From Octopus bimaculoides (lineage: Eukaryota), in NCBI RefSeq assembly GCF_001194135.2, contig NC_068986.1, forward strand, positions 53,024,922-53,059,560: DNA of 34,639 nucleotides, written 5' to 3'. The notes beneath the pieces are model-generated. The model had not been told where the DNA came from and made no database searches. It saw only the letters and a program-made list of their open reading frames with translations. This document shows positions 22,371-32,590 of the stretch, piece by piece. The translations under genes were made by a program, and so were the position numbers. Every line of letters begins with the position of its first letter. Within the stretch, counting starts at the first letter, position 1.

Positions 22371-22863
22371 CCCATATATAGGTATATATGTTTCTGTAGA
22401 TCAATTTATGTACGTGTTTGCGTGTGGCTTAAGCATTAGTGTTAGGTTAAGTACCAAGGTAAGAAAATTGCCTGTTTATTCATGGTTACTGTAGCGGAAG
22501 TGAACAAGAAATAAATCTTTGAAAATAACGTCAACTTTTACTTGAAGGCCATCTTGTTATTTTACGTATAATTTTGTATCTTGTGCGCTTGTGCGTAGAG
22601 AAATTATATGTAGTGGTCTAATGGTAAACGTATGAAGATGTTTTTTCCAGAGATGAAATAGACTTGCTTACATACTACTTGCATACAAACACACATATTA
22701 TTCGTACAAACACATGTGCATATATGTGTGTGTAGAGAGAGAGTAAGGGAGAAAGAGTGAGAGAGAGAAAGCAGGAAGTAGAGGAAGAGAGAGAGAAAAA
22801 TTGGTGAATATATATCTATATAAGTATACGTGAGAGAAAGAGAAAATGAAATTCACGAGACTT

Positions 22864-22915
22864 TTTATTAATCACTACGATCGTTTCGACCCATCTTGCA
22901 TCGGTCCCTCACGGG
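22864..22915 (-). other. Second degenerate hammerhead-like / Penelope pLTR-like motif
   Basis: Minus strand CGTGAGG-GACC-GATGCAAGATG-GGTC-GAAAC-GATC-GTA-GTGATT-AATAAA. It shares GAAACGATCGT and the downstream AATAAA with 17884-17926. Confidence 0.4.
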
Positions 22916-23006
22916 CGAGATTCTGTACAAATAGCTGTGCTGCATCATTCGGTTCATATGTGCCTCAACAGCTGACGTATCAAAAGGTTTGCCTGTAGCA
23001 TCCTTT

Positions 23007-23038
<32 letters not shown>

Positions 23039-23359
23039 TCTTTCCTCTCTCCTTCTCCCTCTCTCTCTATATATATATGTGTGTGTGTGTCTGTCTGTCT
23101 GTCTGTGTGTTTGTGTGTGTGTCTGCTTGTCTATGTGTGTGTGTGTGCGTGTGTGTGTGTAATATGACCAGATTGATCACGCATTAAGTACAGAGTTTAA
23201 AAACAAACTTGAAATTCCAAAGGTCGAGCGGAGTTGTGTAGTCCTAAGTTAGTCTAGATCTGAAGACGTTTGATGTAAGATTTTATAATCATTACTATTC
23301 CATTTTTTATTTAAGAATATATCAAGGACCAAATTATCCAACGTCGCCTTATTTTTGTA

Positions 23360-24760
23360 GTATTGGAATGAAATTTCTGACAAGCTGAGCGATCATAAAA
23401 AGGCTTTCTGGTTGGTTCTGGAGTTGTGGGGAGCAAAATTAGGATGTAGTTTGGTATGTTTATTTCTTTGTTATTTGATTGGTCTGAAAGAAAGACCTGT
23501 GTTCATGGCCTGCGTAAATCCTTTCTTCAAATACGACTGGTGAGAGAGATGTGTTCATCGTTCCTATTGAGCGGTTACAAGTCGACGGCTGCAGAAAAAA
23601 AAACATTAACACGAAGGAAATTCTGAAAGACAGAGCGTTTGGAGAGGAATGACTGTGTGCAGTGATCCGCGGAGGCATTATGAATGAGGAGACGAGACGA
23701 GTGGGTGAGAAATGGAGGTGCATTTCTTTGTATTCACTTGAATATTTCTGTGTGAAGCTGCAGCACCGTCCTAGATATGAGAGTAATACTGCATTGAAGA
23801 GGAATAGTAGCTGTCAAAGTCTGAGATGCCTTCTGACACTGGAGAGGAAGGACAGTTTTTTGGGGGGTGAGTAAAACCGGAAATTGTTTGAGAAGGCATC
23901 GTATAAATAGCTGAGGTACAGGAAGAAAAGTATTAAGAAAACAACCGAACCTTACCTCACAACAGAGCCGATAAAGTGTAAGTCAGAGAAGCGGTCTGAC
24001 GAGAAACCACTGATTCCCTGGAAGAGAGAAGGGTGGAAGATATAAGTGGGCAGCTTTGCCCGGGGATCTGAGAGTCAGCCATGGTCTATGCTTTCTTGAT
24101 GTGGAGACCAACAAAGTTTTGCCACTAAATCTCTGGATGGCGAGAGCACGCTGGTGAGTGACATAGGTGAGTAGATCTCCAATAAGTATGACTTTACGAA
24201 AATATTAGCATTGGTTATTAAGGTGGGAGTAAGTATTAGCAGTGGTTATTAAGGGCGGCTGGAACAGTCTGGTAATGATGACTGCTTCCGTCATCTTTAA
24301 GATGACTGAAGTGCGTACATAGAATAAAAGTTGAGTTTTCCCTTCTTGGAAATGGGGAATATCGAAATGGGGAAGAAGTCTTGTTTTGAAGTTACTGGGG
24401 ATGGTTTCACACGCTTCGTGAATGTTTACATGTTTGGTGAGACACGAGGGGTGGAAAGAGACAGTTTTTGATATTTTTTAAACGTGTGCAGTGAGAAATT
24501 GGATGCAAAGTGAGCACCAAATGCGCATGATTTGTCCATGTGCGTATTGTATACAGATACATCATGGTTGTGAAGTGGGGAGTTGGAGGATTCAGCAGAG
24601 CTGATGCAGATTATTTTGGCAAAGAAACAGCAAAAAAATAAAACGACTGCAATTTGAAAAGCGAGAGATTTTGTGTGCTGTGATGCGCAGAGACAACACA
24701 CAGGCGTTTTGGATAATAATCTTGTAGGTATTGCGATACTAAATAAAAGTCATTCAGTTT
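23360..24760 (-). pseudogene. Decayed non-LTR retrotransposon ORF2 (AP-endonuclease and linker), Jockey/I-group-like
   Basis: Fragmented frames in the expected order: PHFQ..FYVR, TNANIFV / KVILIGDL (APE GDFN motif, ~24175-24215), FSDLHFI (SDH motif, ~23975) and SFIMPPRITAHSHSSP (cf. FIP..KPHSSPWF). Many stops and frameshifts; more GC-rich than the flanks. No RT domain in the window. Confidence 0.6.
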
Positions 24761-25685
24761 GTAGGGATGTGTGTTTTTGTTTTTGGTGCGGGGGGTTGCA
24801 AGTGTTAATAACAGCAAACGGAATGAGATAATTTGTGTTTAAATATCTTCATGCTTCAGTATACATTGTTTACAATAATGAAAAAGATTCAGAAAGAAAT
24901 ATTCGCGGTTGCTGCTAAATATTTCTCTGTTAGTTTGCAAAATCTGTGTCACGAAACTGATTTATATGATGTGCGAATACTTTTAGACATTTACACCGCC
25001 AAAATATAGAGGTTAGATTCTGTCGAAACTTATTAACGTTTAACTGGTAATTTACAGTTTCAACCAATTTGTAATTACATTGCAGACATCAATCACTGTT
25101 CTGTCAGTGAGAAAGATTTGCTTTTGTATGATATTTGTGATATTTCTGTTCAGCTTGATCATCAAAGGTACACTTGCTCTCAACAATCCATATTGACGCA
25201 TCACTTATAAACTGAAGAAGAAAAAGGAAATGGCAAAGGAAATGTGCAACGCCCTTTGTGTGTTTGTGTGTTCATATGTGTATATGCATGTATGTATGTA
25301 TGTACATGGGCGTGTATGCATGTAAGCATATGTATGTTCGCATGATCTCACAGTACATGACTTAACAGGAGCTACTTAAGATTACTTCTTGACTTAAGCC
25401 ACAAACTTTCTCCTGATTTTTGTTGCTCGTGATGAATTTGTATATTAAGTATGGCTTACACCACGGAATATGATTCTACGTTCAGACTCAAATAAAAGGA
25501 AAAATGATGATTGATTAGTTTCGATTTCGTTCACTTCTAATATGCCAATAACCTTTATTCTGTACTGAATAAAACCCGTGGTATTTTGACTAAATGTCGC
25601 AACGCATTAAGTCCGAAATATATGTATGTTTCTATCACTATATTGCCTTAACATCAATAGTCGTTTTGATAACTCTTTCTGCTAT

Positions 25686-25830
25686 AGGCACAAGGCCAGC
25701 AATTTCGGCAAATCGATGACATCAATCCCAGTGTTCCACTGGTACTTATTTTATCGAAACCGAAAGTATGGAACGTAAAGTCTATTTTGGTGGCATTTGA
25801 ACCTAGAACATAAAAGAGGAAGAAATACTC
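25686..25830 (-). mobile_element. Old family B SINE remnant
   Basis: GGCACAAGGCCAGCAATTT..AATCGAT..CCCAGTGTT..CTGGTACTTATTTTATCGA..AAAGTC..ATTTGAAC. Confidence 0.7.
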
Positions 25831-26286
25831 CTGACAGGTTGTGTCTATTCAGTATTTCCCATTCAGGAATGTTAAAGAGCCAGAAACGTATCTGGGAATT
25901 CGATAGGGGGAGCACTGGGTGCATATGGTATATTTACAACTTTTGTCATAAGGGAGATTTTTTCTACACAGTAATTGCAGTAATATTGTCATTTTCAGGT
26001 GAAGTGTGACACAAACATATTTAAACTAACCTAAAGCACGTTTATTCCCCATCTGTCTATCTATAGATACATACATACATACATACATATATNNNNNNNN
26101 NNNNNNNNNNNNNNNNNNNNNNNNNNNNNNNNNNNNNNNNNNNNNNNNNNNNNNNNNNNNNNNNNNNNNNNNNNNNNNNNNNNNNNNNNNNNNTATATAT
26201 ATATATATATGTACATACATATATATATATATATATACACACACTCACTTATATACATATATGTGTGTATATATATATGTGTGTGT

Positions 26287-26609
26287 GACTGCAACTACCT
26301 TGATTATTGTGTGGGGGTCGCAGTTGAGTGAGGGACCAATAAAACTCCTTGTAACAGCAAAGATGAACTGAAGGCAAGGATTATGACATCATTCACGAAC
26401 TTAAACAAGACCATCCAGAAGAGTTGCAGGAGATTCCGAAGTCGTCTGGAGGCCGTAGTTGAAGCCAATGGCGATTATATTGAATAAATTTACTCTTTAG
26501 TATTTCAAGATATTTCTATGTAATTTTGGTAACTATATCTGTTAAAATGAGATACCAGTGTTATTTTCATTTTTGCCTTATCTAGACAGTTTATTCACCA
26601 TACCCTGTA
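26287..26609 (+). mobile_element. 3' end of a Tc1/mariner-superfamily transposon (maT/rosa-like), with TIR
   Basis: Frame DCNYLDYCVGVAVE*GTNKTPCNSKDELKARIMTSFTNLNKTIQKSCRRFRSRLEAVVEANGDYIE* matches the (SP)DxNPLDY motif and the xxGxxIE C-terminus. Ends TTCACCATACCCTG-TA (TIR TACAGGGT-like). Confidence 0.9.
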
Positions 26610-26624
26610 TATGTGTGTGTGCGT

Positions 26625-26835
26625 TTCTTTGTCTGTTCGTTCCCCACTACCGCTTGACAACTAGTGCTAGTATGTTTACGTCCCCGTAACTTAGCGGTTC
26701 GGCACAAGTCAACCATAGAGTACGTGCCAGGCCTTAAAAATTAAGTACTGGGGTCGATACATTCGACTAAAGTTTCAAGGTGGTGCCCCAACGTGGCCGC
26801 AGTCAATTGACTGAAACAAGTAAGAGATAAAAGAT
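26625..26835 (+). mobile_element. Family A SINE, 3' half
   Basis: CCGCTTGACAAC..TTTACGTCCCCGTAACTTAGCGGTTCGGCA..GTACTGGGGTCGATACATTCGACT..GACTGAAACAAGTAAGAGATAAAAGATA. Confidence 0.9.
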
Positions 26836-27100
26836 AACGATATATATGGCGGGGCATGTGAGCATATGTGTGCGTGTGCGTGTGTGTAGATTGATGACAG
26901 AATCTACAGACCACCGACTTGACATTTGGTCCTTCCTTAATGAATAATTAATACATTTCTCAACATTGAATATATCGAAAATTATTAGTAAGATAGTATA
27001 TAAGCAAGGACAAAATTAAACTCACGCCAGTCCCTGAAGAATTGGCATAAAATGTAAGTACATATGCAAATATGGCCAACCACTGATGTATGTTATATAC

Positions 27101-27156
<56 letters not shown>

Positions 27157-27988
27157 AAATATATACATGAATACACGCTATTCAAGATATATGCCTCTAT
27201 CTACCCATATTCATATATNNNNNNNNNNNNNNNNNNNNNNNNNNNNNNNNNNNNNNNNNNNNNNNNNNNNNNNNNNNNNNNNNNNNNNNNNNNNNNNNNN
27301 NNNNNNNNNNNNNNNNNNNNNNNNNNNNNNNNNNNNNNNNNNNNNNNNNNNNNNNNNNNNNNNNNNNNNNNNNNNNNNNNNNNNNNNNNNNNNNNNNNNN
27401 NNNNNNNNNNNNNNNNNNNNNNNNNNNNNNNNNNNNNNNNNNNNNNNNNNNNNNNNNNNNNNNNNNNNNNNNNNNNNNNNNNNNNNNNNNNNNNNNNNNN
27501 NNNNNNNNNNNNNNNNNNNNNNNNNNNNNNNNNNNNNNNNNNNNNNNNNNNNNNNNNNNNNNNNNNNNNNNNNNNNNNNNNNNNNNNNNNNNNNNNNNNN
27601 NNNNNNNNNNNNNNNNNNNNNNNNNNNNNNNNNNNNNNNNNNNNNNNNNNNNNNNNNNNNNNNNNNNNNNNNNNNNNNNNNNNNNNNNNNNNNNNNNNNN
27701 NNNNNNNNNNNNNNNNNNNNNNNNNNNNNNNNNNNNNNNNNNNNNNNNNNNNNNNNNNNNNNNNNNNNNNNNNNNNNNNNNNNNNNNNNNNNNNNNNNNN
27801 NNNNNNNNNNNNNNNNNNNNNNNNNNNNNNNNNNNNNNNNNNNNNNNNNNNNNNNNNNNNNNNNNNNNNNNNNNNNNNNNNNNNNNNNNNNNNNNNNNNN
27901 NNNNNNNNNNNNNNNNNNNNNNNNNNNNNNNNNNNNNNNNNNNNNNNNNNNNNNNNNNNNNNNNNNNNNNNNNNNNNNNNNNNNNNNN

Positions 27989-28028
<40 letters not shown>

Positions 28029-28478
28029 CGATTAACCCCGTGTGTGGTAGCGAAATAAGAAAAGTAGACTTCAATGTCATTTAAATAGAATATGTTTAAT
28101 ATATTTCGAAGAAAAAAAAAACGTAGAAGACTCACATGCAGTACTCCGAATTTCTCAGCAGGCCACTGAGTTATCTGATTACTATGCGACGAGTGGATTG
28201 CTTTATACCCATGCCAGGAAGTACTCGAAGTATTATATGAGAGTCTTCTATGTTTGCATTCCATACATATATAGGTGTTTATTTATAATATAGGATATGG
28301 AATCAATGAATCATGCGGCTATCACAGAAAGCTCCTCTTACGGACTCCGCTAATTTTTTTTCCATTCTGAAATTAATATTGCATGAAGAAGGTTGTGAAA
28401 CAGCAGTAATGCTGAAGATATCAGATGGTTAAATAAATATATATTCACTTCTCATACCTCCTGACTTTTATGGTTTAC

Positions 28479-28522
<44 letters not shown>

Positions 28523-29271
28523 NNNNNNNNNNNNNNNNNNNNNNNNNNNNNNNNNNNNNNNNNNNNNNNNNNNNNNNNNNNNNNNNNNNNNNNNNNNNNN
28601 NNNNNNNNNNNNNNNNNNNNNNNNNNNNNNNNNNNNNNNNNNNNNNNNNNNNNNNNNNNNNNNNNNNNNNNNNNNNNNNNNNNNNNNNNNNNNNNNNNNN
28701 NNNNNNNNNNNNNNNNTATATATATATTCACTTTATGCGTCACAACAATGGATTTCGTGTAGCGACCATACGATCCTCAGCAAGAAAATGTATCTGCATT
28801 AACCAGTGATTGAATTAATATGTTTGGTTAAATTCTTCCCTATCTCTACATTTATATTTACCTTTGCATTTCTATATTTATGTTGGATTTGTATCTTTGC
28901 ATGTGTAATAATTTTCATTGTAGTTCTCTTTATATTAAAATATTGAAGACTATACCTTTCTACAACATAAAGAAATATTGAGCGATATACTACGGAATAT
29001 TTGTATTTGTTTCTTCTCCCGGGAAAGAACAAGTTATGTATATAAACGGGAATACGTCTGTATAGCAGTTTTGTATTAATCCAAAACGATATTTTCGCTG
29101 GGCAGTAAATTTAGCAAACAACAGAATTACATCCCCAGTGAAATCGTATCTGAACAACTCAACTGAACATATAGATACAGCCATTGTGCGATATTATTTA
29201 TTCGTGATGATTTTGTGATGCTACATGAAACCTATTGGTACGAGGCATAGAATTAGTACATTAATACTGGT

Positions 29272-29459
29272 TCCAAATTTCGGCACAAGGCCAGCAATTT
29301 CAAGTGAGTGGGTAAGTCGATAACATCGACCCTAATGCTTAATCAGTACTTATTTTATCAAGCCTGAAACTAATAAAGGTGGAATTTAAACTCAGAACGT
29401 ATAGACGGACGAAATAAGTATTTTGCCCAACGTACTGATGATTCAGCCAGCTCGCCGTC
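29272..29459 (-). mobile_element. Family B SINE
   Basis: Minus strand GACGGCGAGCTGGCTGAATC..GAGTTTAAATTCC..GATAAAATAAGTAC..GGTCGATGTTATCGAC..GGCCTTGTGCCGAAATTTGG. Confidence 0.85.
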
Positions 29460-29988
29460 TTTGCCTTAATCGATATATTAATATTAGTAAATGGTCCCCA
29501 TTGTATATTTTATATGTATATTCCTGCATTAATCACTGCTGTTAATTGTCCGCAGCGTACAAACCTATTCAGTAGCAAGGCAATGGATGATTTCTTGTAC
29601 AAACTGTTAACTAATTCATATATTTTGTTGCATAATTTTCTTTGAACTCTAATCGGCAAATCAGTAAACTATTTATTCCGAGCAGCGACTGATCCGTAAA
29701 CAGTCTAAATGATGGGAGATATCTCTTTGTAACCATACAGAAGCTGATGGAACCGAACTAAGTCGAAATACCGAGGTCATATGGTACTTTTGGTTCTAAG
29801 ATCTGCATCGCTCTTGTAGGGTTCAAACTGTCAAATTATTTTGGAACATAGCTTAGATGTGCTTATTTTCGATAAAAAAAAAAGAAAACTTTTTTCTACA
29901 TTCGTAGTTAACATCGCAATTTTGCTAGAAGTGAAATTGTGTTTGGAATGACACATATAGCGACTTTAATATTGTTGTGAGTGGTGGT

Positions 29989-30371
29989 GGAGGCGCAATG
30001 GCCCAGTGGTTAGAGCAGCGGACTCGCGGTCATAAGATCGAGGTTTCGATTCCCAGACCGGGCGTTGTGAGGTGTTTATTGAGCGAAAACACCTATAGCT
30101 GCACGAGGCTCCGGCAGGCTATGGTGGGGAACCCTGCTGTACTCTTCCACCACAACTTTCTCTCACTCTTACTTCCTGTTTCTGTTGTGCCTGTAATTCA
30201 AAGGGTCAGCCTCGTCATACTGTGTCACGCTGAATATCCCCTAGAATTCCGTTAAGGGTCAACGTGTTTGTGGAGTGCTCAGCCACTTGCACGTTAATTT
30301 CATGAGCAGGCTGTTCCGTTGATCGAATTAACTGGAACCCTTGACGTCGTAAGCGGCGGAGTGCTAACAAC
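29989..30371 (+). mobile_element. Full-length family E tRNA-derived SINE with 'L' tail, flanked by (GGT)n
   Basis: A-box TGGCCCAGTGG (29999-30009), B-box-like GTTTCGATTCC (30043-30053), tail homologous to 9013-9150. GTGGTGGTGG on both sides (29981-29990 and 30373-30382). Confidence 0.9.
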
Positions 30372-30451
30372 GGTGGTGGTGGTGGTTAAACCTATTGTTA
30401 AGGTCATTCTCATGTTTTTTTTTTCTATACATGATTTTAGGCCTAGTGAAA

Positions 30452-30598
30452 GCGCGTGGCTTAGTCGTTAGAGCATACGGAAGACGATCGTAAGATCGTG
30501 GTGCATTGTGTTTCTTAAGCAAGACACTTTATTTCCCGTTTCTCCGGTCCATTCAGTTGGAAAAAATGAGTAGTACCTGTATTTCAAAGGGCCAGCCT
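30452..30598 (+). mobile_element. 3'-truncated family C SINE
   Basis: GCGCGTGGCTTAGTCGTTAG..TTCTTAAGCAAGACACTTTATTTC..GAGTAGTACCTGTATTTCAAAGGGCCAGCC matches the reverse complement of 9120-9282. Confidence 0.8.
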
Positions 30599-30781
30599 AG
30601 ACGAACAAACACGTAGAAACTTCCTCGTTGGTTTGCACAAGCACTGTAGTGAGGAAATGCATCGGAGTGAACATGTATCTTCCGTATAGTGCAAATAAAC
30701 AACAAAGAGAATATAAAACAATAAAAGAAATGGAATACATTGCAACAGCCCAGTGAGCAAAACCAGGAAATGAATGTGGGA

Positions 30782-30812
30782 ATATTATTATTATTATTAT
30801 TATTATTATTAT
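30782..30812. repeat. (ATT)n microsatellite
   Basis: Directly visible. Confidence 0.95.
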
Positions 30813-31274
30813 CATTGAGGAAGAGAATGGGAAATAAGTGGAGGAGGAGAAGAAGGAACATGTGAAGAAGAAGTATGTTATGTTAGTGAGAGGGTTTGAT
30901 CGAACACTCGCTGTAACATTAGGATAAGCCTCGTTCTTCTATTTTTGTATTAATAATATATTTGTAGTTGAATATTTACATTACTGCTTTATGTGATAAA
31001 TGTTATAAAAATTGCCATCACAACTCTCGTAAATTTACACAGACAAACAAGGATGTATACACTCCTTATACTATCGCATTTATCATACACAAATTCAATA
31101 ACAGACGAATTTTTTTTTCTACTCATAAGCGCTATTTTATTCCGTGTTTGTGAACAATTTTATTGATTTCCTTCTTTAAGCATTAAATTACTTTAATACC
31201 TATGGTAATACATATAAACTGTACATTGTATATCTGCATAGAGTAAATACAAGGTCATACTCTCCTCTTTCCTT

Positions 31275-31319
<45 letters not shown>

Positions 31320-32168
31320 NNNNNNNNNNNNNNNNNNNNNNNNNNNNNNNNNNNNNNNNNNNNNNNNNNNNNNNNNNNNNNNNNNNNNNNNNNNNNNNNN
31401 NNNNNNNNNNNNNNNNNNNNNNNNNNNNNNNNNNNNNNNNNNNNNNNNNNNNNNNNNNNNNNNNNNNNNNNNNNNNNNNNNNNNNNNNNNNNNNNNNNNN
31501 NNNNNNNNNNNNNNNNNNNNNNNNNNNNNNNNNNNNNNNNNNNNNNNNNNNNNNNNNNNNNNNNNNNNNNNNNNNNNNNNNNNNNNNNNNNNNNNNNNNN
31601 NNNNNNNNNNNNNNNNNNNNNNNNNNNNNNNNNNNNNNNNNNNNNNNNNNNNNNNNNNNNNNNNNNNNNNNNNNNNNNNNNNNNNNNNNNNNNNNNNNNN
31701 NNNNNNNNNNNNNNNNNNNNNNNNNNNNNNNNNNNNNNNNNNNNNNNNNNNNNNNNNNNNNNNNNNNNNNNNNNNNNNNNNNNNNNNNNNNNNNNNNNNN
31801 NNNNNNNNNNNNNNNNNNNNNNNNNNNNNNNNNNNNNNNNNNNNNNNNNNNNNNNNNNNNNNNNNNNNCTTGTCTTTATTTTCAAAGTCTATTCGTCTTG
31901 GCCTTCATTAAATATTATTATCACTTTAAACCTGAAGTTATTCCCTTTTAAGGAGCTCTTTGCAAAACGCTTTACGTATATATTTATTTTTCTTTCTATT
32001 TGTACGATACTTATTTCTTTTATTACTTTATCAGTATCAGTTAATCTCTTTAAGTTGAATTTAAATTCCATATTACCTATTCATTTCAGCGATTTTAACA
32101 CGTTCTACGAAGTATTTTTTCCAGCACAAATTTCGTAATTGATTCCTCATTATTTTAGTTGCTTTTAA

Positions 32169-32590
32169 GGCGGCAAGCTGGTAGAAACGTTAGCACGCCG
32201 GGCGAAATACCTGGTGGTATTTCGTCTGCCTTTATGTTCTGAGCTCAAATTCCGCCGAGGTCGACTTTGCCTTTCATTCTTTCGGGGTCGATAAATTAAG
32301 TACCAATTACGCACTGGGGTCGATGTAATCGACTTAATCCCTTTCTCTGTCCTTGCTTGTCCCCTCTATGTTTAGCTCCTTGTGGGCAAGGAAAGAAAGA
32401 AGAAACGTTACCACGCCGGGCGAAATGCCTAGCGGTATTTCATCTGTCTTTACGTTCTGAGTTCAAATTCCGCCGAAGTCGACTTTGCTTTTCGGGGTCG
32501 ATAAATTAAGTATCAGTTGCGTACTGGGGTAGATCTAATCGACTGGCCCCTCCCCAAAAATTCCGGGTCTTGTGCCTAGAATAGAAAGGA
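32169..32590 (+). mobile_element. Head-to-tail dimer of young family B SINEs with different 3' tails
   Basis: Copy 1 is 32169-~32395. Copy 2 is ~32402-32590 and lacks the first ~18 nt. Both carry the B-box-like GAG(C/T)TCAAATTCC and CTGGGGT..ATCGACT, after which they diverge. Confidence 0.92.

Noticed and set aside
21690-22439. 249-aa plus-strand ORF with no Ns
   Set aside because: Mostly a translated (TC)n tract (LSLSLS), which lacks stop codons by composition. The unique N-terminal part matched nothing I know.
8913-25167. Plus-strand exon-like stretches: ~8913-8972 (NVAWTRSRLAQPKLVAWMK), ~14733-14815, 15831 onward (VTPEYLNGSVCADLISYCCAK..) and 25086-25167 (INHCSVSEKDLLLYDICD..)
   Set aside because: Each has an AG/GT pair and one open frame, but the splice sites are weak or ambiguous, the phases do not chain and I recognise no homology. 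Such 20-50 codon stretches are common by chance. They remain alternatives if the host gene is on the plus strand.
29989-30060. tRNA gene (also 7719-7785, 9210-9282, 2085-2158)
   Set aside because: A and B boxes are present, but I could not fold a full cloverleaf and each continues into a SINE body. These are SINE heads, not tRNA genes.
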